Of a stretch of 64,000 nucleotides of DNA, positions 36,634-49,863 are shown one piece after another. This stretch comes from Moniliella sp. 'wahieum' (taxonomy: Eukaryota). Within the stretch, counting starts at the first letter, position 1. The number at the start of each line of letters is the position of its first letter. Under the pieces are notes generated by a model. That model was not told where the DNA came from. It did no database searches and saw only the letters and a list, made by a program, of their open reading frames with translations. The stretch covers positions 1-64,000 of the forward strand of contig RSEE01000065.1 in assembly GCA_003971905.1 (NCBI GenBank). Reading direction: 5' to 3'. The position numbers were made by a program, and so were the translations under genes.

Positions 36634-38199
36634 GGTGGAGAATGTAGCAAAGTAGAAGGAGGAGGAGGAGGAGGAAGCGGTGGTGGTGGTAGGTGGTAGT
36701 TAAGTTTCGCAGGGTTAAACGCTAGAGAGACAGCCACGGCGCGAGGGGACTTGGCCAACTTGGAGGGAGCGCGTGCGCAGCCAGAAGGAAGCCGGCAGCA
36801 GCACACTGGCGCAGCGCTGCCGACGCCTGCTGCCCCCCGCCGCGCACGGAGGGTTGAGATTGAGGGGGGGCACAGGGCGCGCATGCAATTATCGACACGC
36901 CAGATCGGAGGGCAGCAGGCTGCCCCTGTGCCTGGGCCAGCAGGCCACGGATGAGACGGGGGGCATGCAGATGACATCACCCTGCCGCCGTCTGGGCGCG
37001 TCCTGACGTGCATGATGCATGATGCATCACCCATGGTGGATGTTCGATGATGTCAGAGGCGGGCGGGCCTGCAGGGGGCTGGGCCCGTGGTTAGGACGTA
37101 GGCTTGCGGGCGGTGGGCGGTGGAGGGTGGCGGGACAGGTGGCATGCGGCAGGGCGCATGCCGTGTGCAAGTCCTCTGCGTCACGCGTCGGACCAAAGTC
37201 ACCGGTGCATGTTCTGCAGCCAGCTGGCTTCTCAGATCTCGACGCGCCTCGTTCGCTCCGTTGCCTTGTCGCCTTGTGAGGACGACGTTGAGCCTGGGGT
37301 GGTGCACTCGAGAGGGAACCAACGACGACACGCGTCAAGAGCGTACACCGGACACCCAGCCATCTCGGACGGCTCCCTCTGGTCTGTGTGCAAAGGCAGT
37401 ACCCTTAACGATAAGGATTAAGGTTGGTACCGGCTAGGATCCATTGGAATAACGATCTCAGATCTCAGCGCGCGCTCTCGGCCGGCCGCGGTGACTGGTG
37501 GCCCCCTCGTGGTACTCATCCTCACCGCCTCCGGCTCACCGCAGTGTCGATCGCTTCACACCTACCAGCACCAGGTACCGCTTGTGTCTTGCCTCTGTTT
37601 TTACATGGGCCAGGGTCGATATTTGCTCAGGCTGAGCGCTGAGCCTCAGCGCTGAGTGGGGGTTCGTTAAATGGTAAAAACGGTAAAGCAACGAGGAATG
37701 CAGCACGAGCGAGCCCAGTGACTAGTGCCTAGCGGCTGAGCACAGCGCCGGATGTGCTCTCGTCTGTCCCTGCTCAGGCGTTAAGCTTCAAGTACCTCGA
37801 GTAACGTTGATGATAGATATATCTGTGGACACTATCATGGCCTTTTGGCCACAGGACATTGCACCGCCCTTGCCAGGCAGGAGTCTGGAAAGGTGGAACT
37901 CGCTCCTCACCCGGACCGTCTGCGACGTAGGGGACATCCTCACCGTGGTCCACGGAAGAGAAGCGCCCCCACGGGCCTAAACTCTAAACCCTCAGCACTA
38001 AAAACAGGCCTACGTACTACCGTGGGTAACCTACTAGGTACGCGCTGGCCTGTACCATACTATACGCCTCGTGCATTGGTCGCAACCCACAGCTGCGCCG
38101 AACCGCAGACGAACACCAAGCACGCCAGCTGCCCCGCAAGGCCGCTGTGGTGACCATGACCAACCTGGGGGACGACGACAGAGGCCGCTGAGGGGGAGA

Positions 38200-39960
38200 G
38201 GAAGACTCAAGCCTGACTGGCTTCTTGGCACGCGGCCTCCCAGACAGCCGCGGCGACGCTGGCCACAGCGGCGGACAAGGACCAGGAGCGTGGCGCGGGG
38301 TGGGGGGGAGCTGGTTGGGCGGAGCGGTGGGCAGCCAGGCAGGCGTGTGGGCGGGAGCCAAGAAGAGCTGTTCCCATTCCGGATGGCGCGTGCGGCGTTC
38401 GACATAGGCCGTGGTGGCAGTGGAGGTGAGTGTGTCGCCATCGTCGGTGCTGGGGGGCGGGAGGGACCGCGGAGTGAGCCGTACCTCCTCCACCACCAGC
38501 ACGGCGTCCTGGGCAGTGGCCAGCCAGCAGGCGAGCCTGCCATCCCGGCGGCCTGCTGGGCGGCCGCGGTAACCGTCGGCGGATCTCGTGGCGCACCAGG
38601 CCGGTCCGACTCCAAGTTGGTCCACTGAAGACGCATGTCGATCGTCCGCAGGGTGCGGTTTGCGGCGCGAAGGACGCAGACGCACTTGGATCCGGCGCGC
38701 TGGGCCCGGGTCCGTAGGTGCCTCCGCGGCAGGTGGGGGGCGTCCGTGTCGTTGAGAAAGAGGAGATCATCTTCTCCCCACGCAGATTCCTCGAGCGGGA
38801 TCCAAGGCAGACCTGGGTCGTGGTCTTCCCCGCCCGAACGGTCGTGCTCAAAGGTAGGATAGCGCGCTCTTCGTTCTTTCCACACTTCAACGTCGCGCTC
38901 CGACGGAGAAGGAACGAGCCAGCGCATGGCGATGCTACCAAACCCGGCTGTCGCATACGCCGAAAGGGCGAGGGAGGGAGGCCCATCCTTGGATTGCACC
39001 AGGGCAGGGTTCGTGGCTTCCTCGGGCACTGGTCCCTCCGTGTCGGGAGGAGGTGGAGGTGGAGCACTGGGCCCAGCGGGTTTGTCGGTGCGACCGGGGA
39101 GGTCGAGGAAGGCGAGGGCATTGGCCTGGGCCCTGCGCGAGACATACGCTTGAAGGTGGGTGTTGAGATGGGCAATAAAGGGTTGAAAGCCCGGGTGAGC
39201 TTGGAGGAGTGGCAACAGCCCAAATCCACCTGTGAGCTCCGCGTTGGCGTAGTCCAAGTCAGGCGTGTGGGAGTGAAGGTGAGTGGCGAGCAGGGTGGTG
39301 AGCGGAACAAAAGGAGGGATGGGTGTCGGATCAACAGGAGGCTTTTGTCGTTGACTGCCTTGATCATCCCGGTGGAATGAACGGGCAATGCGGCGCGCAA
39401 CACAACCGGTTCATCTCCCACTTGGAGCTGGTCATTTCGGGCAAAGACGAGGTAGAATGGTTCGCAAACGAGCCTGGCACAAGCAGTGGACAGCATCAGA
39501 GAACTGACGGAAACCGAGACGGAGAGAACGCACCTTGAGCAAACGTATCGATTCGCACGCCCAGACCAAGAGCGGGCGCATCGTCCGACTGGTTCTCGAC
39601 CGATTGAGGAGCGGCGTGGAGTGCGGCTCGGCGGGCAGCCCGGGCGCGCCGACCAATGTCCAAGTCGATTTCAAAGCATGTAGCCCCACAGAGGGCGCGG
39701 TAGAGGACGGAGCGTTCCTCGACGTCGACCAAGTGGCGGCCGACGCGGGCGATGCGTTGCGGACGCGCCTCGTCTGGGGGGAGGCTGGACAGCGAGGCGG
39801 GCGGGTCGGCTGCGGCCAGGCGCGGAGGCTCGGCGGGCCGCTGGGTGCGGAGGGCAGCCAAGGACACGAGGGAGGCACGCTCCGACTGGAGCGAGGAGTG
39901 GGTGGCGCGTGCCTGGCTGATCTGTGCGCGCAGCACCTCGCGGACGGGGTCGGTGGCCAT
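38200..39960 (-). CDS. MCM21: Kinetochore protein CENP-O/Mcm21-like (3' end uncertain)
   Basis: N-terminal coiled coil, YRALCGATCF, LGVRIDTF, EPFYLVF, and F..HLNTHLQAYVSRRAQ, which match the CENP-O domain pattern as recalled. Confidence 0.65.
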
Positions 39961-41509
39961 GGCGCGGTGGGAGGGAGCAGCGGCGGGGGGCGCGGCGCCT
40001 TGCTTGCTTGCTTGCTGCCTCGCCGTCCCAGCGGCCCAGCTGCTCCCACGCGACGCGCCGCGCATCGATTTCAGTTTCAGGCTGCGCCCCCGCCACGGTC
40101 ACGTGCCTCCCCTGGGGCCACCAGGTGGCGAGCGGACCACTGGTGTCCTGCCTCCGGGGCCGAGCCCCATACGCACCACGCCCCCATGCCAACCAGCAGC
40201 ACACTCGGCGTTCGTTCCTACCGGGCTACCTGCGTCTAATGATGCTAAGGTGGTGGACAGTACTCTCACTGCCCAAGATGCGTTGGTTAGAAGCAATGGG
40301 TGCGCCTCGCGGTAACGTTGCTTATCGGGTGGTGCAACCCAAAGAACAGCCATCACGATCGTAGTAGAGCCAAGCTACTCCACTCGGCCACCGTCTGTCG
40401 TCAACAGGAGTATCGCCGCAGAAAACTAACCGGCGTGCCAAAAACTACACACATACAAAGACTACTACGTCCAGCAGTGTTGGCAACAATGCGAAATGAT
40501 TTGGGGCACACGGGGCGCAGGGGCCACTTGGACAGGGGGCATGCCCGACCGGCAGGGGGGCCGGCAACTTCACATGGCTGAGAAACAACGGCGAGCAGAG
40601 CTTCGAGCCATTGGCAAGCTCACCCAAAACGGGAGCTGCTTACTTGGAGCGGGCACGCATCTTTCTGCGTTTGCGGCGCAGACGGCGCATGCGTTTCTTC
40701 CTCCACTTCGCTCTCACTGCACCACGAGAGGTAACGTTAGCCACAGTCCTTCTCATCTGCAGCAGCAGCTGCGAAGGGGCCCGGGTAGGCGGGGGAGGCA
40801 GACACTCACTTTTCGGGTGACCGGTACTGAGAACGCTGGTGGAGAAGAGCTACACAACTAGGGCAGTAAACACCATATAAGAGTCTGGGGGGGACGGGTA
40901 GGGTTATTATAGGCGCATTTGCCGCAGCAACCCTAAGGTGTGGCGACATGGGTGACGCTGACAACATGAAATCGATGAGCCGCTGATGCATGATGCATGA
41001 TGGCGGCCTGTGGATTTCCTTAGGCACTAGTCACTTGTCACATGTCACTGCCTCCGCGAGCGTGTCCGATCTGGCCGGTCAGGTGACCTCATCGATGACT
41101 CGTGACGCGTGACGTCATCATTACTAATTGATTGGTCAGCATCTCCAAAAAGTTGAGACTCAACTTTATTATCACAGCGTCAAACCCAAGCACACGACCC
41201 AGCGTAACTCTAGCTACTTCTAAGCCGATCTGGGGTGCTCTGGCAGAGCATGCAACAACCACTTGTCCAGCCACTGGCGTCCTTCTCTCGAAGCAATGAG
41301 CCCAATGGGGGCACCATGTAACAGGTAGCCATGAATCGTGTCTCATGCATCATTATGCGTTACGCAGCATGGACCCGCAGATCCGCCAGCAGACTCCTCT
41401 CTCCATCCGAGATCGGGAGCACGCAGTCAACCATTAGGATCCTAGGATGGGAACTGCCTTGCAGTAGCTCTCAATCGCTCTCAGCAGAAAGAAAAGGCCC
41501 CAACATGCA

Positions 41510-43188
41510 TCATAGGTCTCCGATACGCTCTGGTCGGCCCGTGTCGTCATCGGACTCGACGGAAGCGGGCGACTCCAGAGGCGGCGCGACGGACGGTGCC
41601 TGCTGCGTGTCTGTCGGTTGGGCCGCGCCAACAGCGCGTGCGTACGCGTCGATCGCCGTGCCTGGTCTTGCGTCCCGCAGCACTTGGCCCACGGACGCGA
41701 CCAACGCCGGGTTGCGCGTCAACAGTCCCCGTCGCAGCCACCCATTCTCCTGCACCAGCAACCCATTCTCACTTTGCAGCTCCCCCTCGCGCTGGGTCAG
41801 GTAGCGTATATCGGCCGATCGGATCGCCTCCCGTACCTCGTCGCGCGCATGTTTCTTGTCCTTGGCAGTGTCTGCGATGTGCCGAGGAACAAAAGAAAAG
41901 AAAAACAAAAAAGCAAGGTCAGTACACCGTAGCCATCGCACGAGACACAGCGAGGAACCAATGCGTACGCGTCGACATCTCCCCAATCGCCATGTATTTC
42001 GCAGTTGTTTGGCCGCAGCGAGCGTGTTGGTAAGCTGCGCCTCGTCGTCCGTGCTGGGCTCCGATTTGCCCGGCTCCTCATCCGCCGATTCCCGACACGA
42101 CGGGGCTCGGCGCCGCGGCAATCGTCACCCCGGGCGGCAACTTGCCTGGGAAGACGACATTGTGCGGCAGCGGTGCTGGCGGCGGCGCGCCCGGGCGCAA
42201 GTTGAGGATGATGGCACTTCTTGCGTCCGCGGAGCCGTTGGCCCGACGTGAGCGGGTTGATGGGTACCAGCGGGGTTTTGCTCTTTTCCGCAGGACGGGC
42301 GGGGTCGCGCCGGTGCCGGTGCCGGTGCCGATTCCGGTACCGATGACGGTGCTGCGCGGGGGAAGGTCCCAACGGCGACGGGTTGGACACCGACCCACGC
42401 GGGGACGAGTGGTGCGAGGCAGGCCGGCGAGGCGAGGTTTCCCGTGAAAGTGTTCTTTGCACCCACGGATTAGATGGGAGTGGTGGGGCGGTAGGTGCAG
42501 GGGGGCGGATAGGAGAAGGCGAGGAGCGGCGAGAGGATGTAGAGGGATGTGCGGCAGTTTCATCCAGAAAGGCAGCCAGCCACTCGGACTGGCTGGCGGG
42601 AGAGAGCCAAGGATCAAAGGGGGGTATCCCACCTGCTTCATGAGGCGCAGATAAGGGCCCAGGACGAGGTGCCAAAGCTGCCATGACCTGCGGTGTGGGG
42701 CGAAGAGGTGCGTCTGCAAGGGAGAACGGTTAACGATTTCGGATGTGCTGTCGGGCGCAGACAACGTACCCAAAGACGGAGCCCAAGGCCCGGGACCCGC
42801 CATGGCGAGAGCACCGCTATTAGGGCCGGGCCGATTCGGGTATCCAAACTGTGGCTACGACGGGCAGGCGGTTGCGAGGGATGGTGGATGAGGTGCTGCT
42901 GAGCCTCGAGATGCGAAGGGAGGGGCACTGGCCATGCCGGAGCTCCTGGGTGGGTGTATGGTTTGGCGGGGTGGGACGAGGGGGCGCAAACGATGGCGGG
43001 GGGAACGATCATCGGCTGTGTTGGATGAAAGAGGGGCGGAGGCGGTTCCTGCATTATCTGATCCGGATGTGGGGGGGGCGGGGGGGGGGTACCGGACGGG
43101 AGGAAGGAGCGGGATCAAGAGCAAAGAGGGAGTTGACGCTGTGCCAGAACGCAGCGTCGCCGGCTCCGGGGGGCTGGTTGCTGCTCAT
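41510..43188 (-). CDS. Hypothetical Pro-rich protein with a C-terminal coiled coil
   Basis: Chained ORFs from MSSNQPPGAGDAAFWHS... to IRYLTQREGELQSENGLLVQENGWLRR, with an intron-like segment at ~41885-41930. Confidence 0.5.
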
Positions 43189-44654
43189 GCAGCAGCGGGC
43201 GCATCCAGCGAGAGAGATGGAGGGGGGTGCACAGAGGCGGTTGAGCGCGTGGGCGTGGGCGTGGGATGGATGGGGTGGAGATGGACTGGACAAAGCAGGC
43301 GTGCGCAGCCGTGGCAGCGAGATAGGGGACGGGCGGGGGATGTGTGTGGGGGGGGCATACGCGTCTGCAATGGCGTAAGTATGAACCGGTGGCGTATGCT
43401 GTGGGTGCGCGCACACAACTCAAGCAGCTCCGCCAGATGGTCAGCCGGGCACGGCAGAGGCGAGGGAGAGGTGTGGCACTTACCCAGCTGGCTATCCGGC
43501 GGGCCGAATCCCCCACGGAGCAGAGCAGTGCGGTCTGGGCCGCGTATGGATGAGGACAGCAGGCGCGACGAGGTGGGCAGGCGGGCATCGGTGACACACG
43601 AGTCGCCCACGGCGGAGGGCATGCAATCTAGGCACTACATCGTTCACGCGCTCTGTGGATCTGTGTATTGCGCGTGGAGACTACTACTGGTGTTGCTCCG
43701 CTGTGCGCGGCTGGGCCAACGCACGAACCCACGTGCGTGCGCAGGGGGGCGGCGGCGTTTGAACGCAGGACGTGCCGCGGGGGGCTTGAGCTTGACGCTG
43801 GAAGCTGGACGCAGGCGCTGGGGGCCTGCCGCCTGAAGCAGCACGCTGGGTGGCTCTGGGCGCTGGCGTTGGTGTCGATGGGGGGTTCCGACGCGGATGG
43901 CGTGCTGTTGGCCGGCGCTCGACACAGACGCGAACACTGGCGTATCGGCTGGCCCGATCACAAAACGCTCCACAATGGTGTGCTCATTGCGTTCCCTGCT
44001 AGGTTTGGCTGGGCGCTACGCCGGAATCGCGCAGAGTAGGGTTATTCTCTCGCTTAAAACGGGTGGCGTATTGGCTTCAAGCTTCAACCGTACATAGGAC
44101 AAGACAGGTCAGCCGGCCAGCAGACCGCTCGGGCTTAGCAGCCGCCCGAACCCCCCGCACAAACCGCATCAACATCAACGGCAAACCGACCGCGCCCCTT
44201 GGGGGCCATCCCCGTTTACCACCTGTGACCACCATCCCGACACGAGCACCAATCGGCCAAGTCAGGGTATGCCGCAGCGCCCGCGTGGAACGGGCAAGCC
44301 CTGCCCTCAGTAGGCCTCATGCGCATCCCACATCCAGCGTGCACGCCAGTTCTGTATTTCTCACCATGGCCAACTACATCTACCCACACAATCAACAAGG
44401 AGGGGGCGTAGAAGCGCCACAGAGTGGCAGGCATGCGATTGTCAAACCTTTTGGGTTCGGGGTGGCCAGTAGCACAACCATCCCCTGGGGGCGAGCGAGT
44501 CGAGGCAAGTGCCTGACCCTCTCAAAAAGAAACCATGACAGGAGCTGTGGTGACAAGGGAGCGTCCCATAGAAGCACCGGCAAGAGCCAGCACAGGCCGG
44601 GCAAGTCCACGTTAACCCTTAACCAACCACAGTAAACGAACCAAGCTACCCGGT

Positions 44655-45274
44655 TTAACGGTTGCTCTTGGCCACGCGCTCCAACTCGTCCTTCTTCTTG
44701 ATGGCGTACGAGTTGGAAGAGCCCTTGGCAGCATTGATCAGCTCGTCCGCGAGGCACTCCGAGATGGACTTGACGTTGCGGAAAGCCGACTCGCGCGTGC
44801 CAATGGTCAGGAGCGAGATGGCCTGGTTGACGCGACGGAGCGGCGACACATCCACCGCCTGGCGGCGCACCGTGCCGCCCGAGCCAATGCGCGTCGAGTC
44901 TTCACGCGGGCCCGTGTTGATGATGGCGTCGACCAAGACCTGGATCGGGTTCTGGTCGGTGAGGAGCGAGATGATCTCGAACGCGTGGGCGACAATGCGG
45001 ACGGCCATGAGCTTCTTGCCGTTGTTACGGCCGTTCATCATGAGCGCATCCACAAGACGCTCAACAATCGGCATCGACGCCTTCTTGAACGCCTTGGAAG
45101 CGTACCGGCCAGCCGTGTGAGGCACGTACACGGCATTGCGCAGCGAAATGTAGTCCTGCAGCGACAGGTCCTTCACCTCCACATCCTGCACGTCGTACTT
45201 GCCAAAGAGGAGCACAGCACCCTTGGGGCGGCTACAGCCGCAGCCTCCTTGGGGATAGTTTGCACGGTCGCCAT
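44655..45274 (-). CDS. RPS5: 40S ribosomal protein uS7 (S5)
   Basis: [63 protein letters not shown]. 5'-UTR intron at ~45287-45424. Confidence 0.97.
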
Positions 45275-45595
45275 CTTGGGTTGCTAACTGGGTAGACGGA
45301 GGAGGATCAGCCGTCTGCATACACCATCGCAAAACCGTGGCCTCGAACCACGCAACGGGGGAGCGCCGCCAGAGGCGCAACAGTAACCCCCGACTACACC
45401 CACACGCATCGTACGCGTACTCACCTTGCTGGGCCGGACCGTCGGAGTAAGTGTTGCACACAGAGTCGAGCACGATGGCGGGGCGGCGGACCGAAGCCGT
45501 CCGGCTGGCTGGCGTACGCGGGCGACAAAATTCCGCCAACCAGCAGCAGCGCCGGTGAAAGACTGCCCCTTCCTGAATTACCGATTGCTATTAAC

Positions 45596-45611
45596 TAGGG
45601 TTGCAACCCTA
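45596..45611. promoter_or_regulatory. Palindromic telo-box (TAGGGTTGCAACCCTA) in the RPS5/RPS28 bidirectional promoter
   Basis: Perfect 16-bp palindrome of two inverted AACCCTA half-sites, located between the divergent RP genes. Confidence 0.6.
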
Positions 45612-45687
45612 CTCTGCGCCATGCAGGAATATGCCAGTCTCCTTGGCTAGCTCACCCATCTCGTGTCCCCCCCCACCCTCATCCGCA

Positions 45688-45945
45688 ATGGAAGCCGTCT
45701 CGAAGCAACCCGTCAAGCTGGCCAAGGTCACCAAGGTTCTCGGGCGGACTGGCTCGCGTGGCGGTGTGATTCAGGTGCGTGTCGAGTTCATGGACGACTC
45801 GACCCGCTCCATCATCCGAACGTCAAGGGCCCCGTCAAGGTGGACGACATTCTTGCCCTTCTCGAGTCGGAGCGTGAGGCACGGTACGTTCTACGCCCTT
45901 GTTGTGGTCTCCCTTGTACTGACTCCCTGCAGTCGCTTGCGTTAA
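45688..45945 (+). CDS. RPS28: 40S ribosomal protein eS28
   Basis: [57 protein letters not shown]. Confidence 0.96.
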   Translation: MEAVSKQPVKLAKVTKVLGRTGSRGGVIQVRVEFMDDSTRSIIRTSRAPSRWTTFLPFSSRSVRHGTFYALVVVSLVLTPCSRLR

Positions 45946-46575
45946 GCAACCTCGGTCCTCCCTTCTCTGGACGAGAATCTTGTCTCCTGTGCTCCGCATT
46001 TGGGTTCTGTCTTGTTTTTGTGCGGTTCTATCGTTTGTTCGGCACACACGCATCGGGCCCCGATTTCTCTTTGCACCGGCAGCCTCTTCCCGGTCTGCTA
46101 CGCTCCCAAAACGCATCTCGCTTATGGCATTGCACACGCGCGTGCCTCATGTCATAGTCCTGAACTTGCTGTATTCATGCCAGCATGATGTAGGTGTCCT
46201 GATGCATTCTGGTCGCCGCAGGCGGAAGAGAGCATGCATCGTCACGTGCACGTGGATGCGGGCGGAGTGACGATTGCGGCCTCCTCTTCTCAGGTGAGAA
46301 TGGTCCGTCAGGCTGCCGGGGTCCGGGCTCGCTGGCGAAGGGGCCAAGGAGTTTGCTTCGCTCCCTGATAGGTAGGGCAACACATACTGTTTCGCGCGGA
46401 CGCCACGCCAGGTCCATGCATACCCGATGCCACCGATATGCGAACGAGCTGGCCAAGCCATGGTGAAATGGTGTTTGGAAACCGAGCGGAATGCCTAAAT
46501 TCCGCCCTTCTTCGCCCCCCGAGCGAAGCTACCTGAGTAGGCTGCGTCGGCTCCACCACCTCCCAGTCCTTAGTC

Positions 46576-46908
46576 ATGGCCAACACGCTGAGCGAGACGG
46601 ACCAGAAGGAGCTGCAGGGCTTCCTGGAGGCGGAGCAGGCCAAGGCGCGTGTCCAAAGCTCGGTGCATCAGTTACCGATATGTGCTGGGACAAGTGCGTC
46701 ACCTCCATTGGTTCCCGCATGGGCAAGGAGGCCACCTGCCTGTCCAACTGCGTTGAGCGCTTCCTCGACTCGTCGCTGTACATTGTACGTGCGCGTTGCC
46801 CTGCCTGTTGACTGCTCGTCTGACTGCCCCTTTCTCTTTTCGCCTCGCTGCGCTTCCCAGGTCAAGCAGATTGAAGCCCAGCGCGCCCAAGCCGGCTCGT
46901 TTGAATAA
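46576..46908 (+). CDS. TIM8: Mitochondrial IMS small Tim chaperone Tim8
   Basis: KELQGFLEAEQAKARVQSSVH..TDMCWDKC..EATCLSNCVERFLDSSLYI (twin CX3C). Confidence 0.92.
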   Translation: MANTLSETDQKELQGFLEAEQAKARVQSSVHQLPICAGTSASPPLVPAWARRPPACPTALSASSTRRCTLYVRVALPVDCSSDCPFLFSPRCASQVKQIEAQRAQAGSFE

Positions 46909-48873
46909 GCCGATCCGCATCCTCGCAATTGTACTACTCCTGCCACCCAAACCCCGTCTGCATAGAGGAAAGCACGTTGAACCCAGCTGTGCTCGGCCTG
47001 TCCTCGTTTCATTCAGTCAAATAGGCGGCCAAACGCCTTGCATGGGTTCGTCATGGCCTCGGCCATCTACATTGATCGCGGTGCCCGCTTGACAGACCGG
47101 TTCTTGGCAGTCGAAGCCGTCTCGATCCAGTGTCCGCTGTTTGGAATGGCGGGACCCAGTAGCTATTTTGTTGCCACGGAGGAACGGACCGCTGCACCTT
47201 GTCCTTGCTTTTGGACTTGTATATAGCAAGTGGCCCAAGGAGTGGCACGTGCAAAGAACAGGGGGAGACCAAGTCGATAATGTACCTTGCGCCCCGTAGG
47301 CAACGAAGATATACAAACCTGCTTGCCCAACCGCTTCTTGGCAGCGAAATGGGTAGTGCACTGACTGGTTGCTGGGTCGCGGCCGTTTCCCGGATACGGT
47401 TCAGCCGTCTACCCTGGGTACATGAGCACGAAGCGTTGCACATCAGCTCGCACAGAGCCAATTCGGTCCGACACCCAACAGCTCCAAAGACTCCACCACC
47501 GATAGTGGCTGTGGGGTTTCAGTTGAGCTGAGCACGGGAGCGATCGCCGACTCGATATGAAAAAGGGAAGATTCACCTGCCAAAGAAACGCACGGATGGA
47601 CGGACGGAGCAGCGTGGTTATACGTTAAGGCCTACAAGGGAGTGGTTGTGTGTAAGCACGGTTGGCGTACCGGAGAGAGGTCGTTGAAATTGGTCAATAC
47701 ACAAACGACTTATTGTTATCCGTTTGAACCCTGGCCAGGAATGAGATTGGCACTGAACATGGAGGTATAATAGTAGGTACGATTGGCGCCACCGAAGATC
47801 CGGTTCCCTTGACCAACTGCACACGCCAAGCTGAAGGGCGAGAGGGTAGAAGCGAAGGGTGGCGGAAGGCTGAAGAGCAAGACTACGGCTGTAGGGTCCG
47901 CAGTGTGTTCATTGATCTGGGGGGCCAGAGAGGTTATCCAAGTTGCCGTAATGCGGCGCAGACTCCCGTCACGGTGACGCGGCCAACCCCAGGTCAGCAG
48001 TACTCAGTACCAGTTTGCAATGCTTCCCTTACAATGGGGGATCCAGCCATCTTGAAGCGCACTGCCAAAGCTGTACAACTGCCACACGAACGCAGCGGCC
48101 CGAGCCGCTGGTGCGCTACAGCGCGTACCCATCTGACACTTTCCCACCAACGTACGCCGGAGGCCGTGCTCCCGCCCCAGACACCACCTGTAGCATCGTG
48201 CGGAGCAAACTGCAAGTGCTGCTCGCTGCGACTGAGTACTCACACTGAGTGCTCAGGCTGAGCGCTCAGGCTGAGCGCCGAGTAGGTCCTAGCTGCTGGG
48301 TAGGCCCCTCTCGAGCGTGCGGTGGGGTTAAGTAAAACGACAACGTTTCTGCTCCGCAGCAAACACCTCGGCGGCAACAATTTTGAGTGCACGACATGCA
48401 CGGAGCACGTGACATGCAACGGGGGTGGCAATCGGCCAGGGCACAACCCTACCTGTTCTGCTGCGGCACGGCGGAAGAATGGACCGGAGGAAGTTACGCT
48501 TCCTCCGTGCGGAAGAGCTGGTACAAATATCAGAATTCCGACAAGACTGGCGAGGTGCCAGGAGACAACCCTAGGCCCCGCGAAGCCAGCGGCGCCTCCG
48601 GGCCCTAGGTGGCTGGGAGAGGGTGCCGGACACCACCAGCCAAGCAAGGTCGTCAGTCAAGTGCGTATCTGTCCCTGTCCTTGGGAAGCGCAGTTGGGTC
48701 CGGCGTGACAGAGGGGGAGGAGAGATCGATGCGATTCCGGATGCGGATGCTGATGCCGATGGACGATCGCATGGTGACCCTCGAGTGCTGTCCGCTGGGA
48801 TGGGGTGCTCGAGCGGTGGGACACAAGGGCTGACCTTTTGTTTGTTTGCATTTGCCGGTTGCCGTTTGCCAGG

Positions 48874-49493
48874 ATGGGTTTCCGTCACACAACATTCTCC
48901 ACAACAACCACTTCCGCAAGGACTGGCAGCGCCGGGTCAACGTGTGGTTTGACCAGCCCGGGGCGAAGAAGCGCAGGCGCAATGCGCGTGCTGCCAAGGT
49001 GGCACGTTCGGGGCTCAAGCCGGTAGATGCGCTGCGCCCGGTGGTGCGCTGCCCGACGCTCAAGTACAACCGCAAGCTGCGTGCCGGTCGTGGGTTTACG
49101 CTGGAGGAGTTGAAGGCGGCTGGGGTGCCGCAGAAGCTGGCGCGCGTGATTGGGATTGCGGTGGACCACCGTCGCAAGAACCGCTCGGAGGAGGGCCTGC
49201 GCCTGAACATTGAGCGCGTCAAGGCGTACCGTGAGCGCGTGGTGGTCATCCCTGCCAAGGGCAAGGGCGCCAAGCTCGCAGAGCTCGCCTCGGCCCCCAA
49301 GGTGCAGAACGTGGCGGCTGCATTCCCCATTCCGGCCGGCACGGTCGCGGAGAAGCCCCGCGCGATCACCCAGGAGGAGAAGGACTTTGAGGCATTCAAG
49401 ACGCTCCGTCATGCCCGCAACACCCACCGCCAGGCCGGTGCCCGCGCTGCCCACCAGGCCAAGAAGGAAGCCGAGGAGAAGGCCAAGAAGTAA
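48874..49493 (+). CDS. RPL13: 60S ribosomal protein eL13
   Basis: HNNILHNNHFRKDWQRRVNVWFDQPG..LRPVVRCPTLKYNRKLRAGRGFTLEELK..IAVDHRRKNRS. 5'-UTR intron at 48661-48872. Confidence 0.97.
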
Positions 49494-49863
49494 ATTGGCG
49501 CTTGACTATCTTTGGACGATGGAACAGGAAAGAGGGGATTATCAATGCTGTGATCGTGGGTGGATCACAGTCTGTCCCTCTCCTCCTCCTTTCAATATGG
49601 CATCAAAAAAGTACGGCTTTGGATCCTCTTTGTGGCGGGCCCTGGCCGCACCAGCCCCCCTGTGGTCAGGGCGTCAAGGTTTGGGGCGCGCTTTCCTATA
49701 GCGGAAGAGCTGAAACCTCGCTTTCATTTTATGCTCCCAAGCTCCCCTCATGATCCTTCCCACCTCCCTATAGCGCGATCGGATTCCGGATCAATCCATA
49801 GCGGTATGCATAGCTGACTTGGATCTGACTCGAAAAAAAGGGCCATACGGGTGCTGGATAGAG

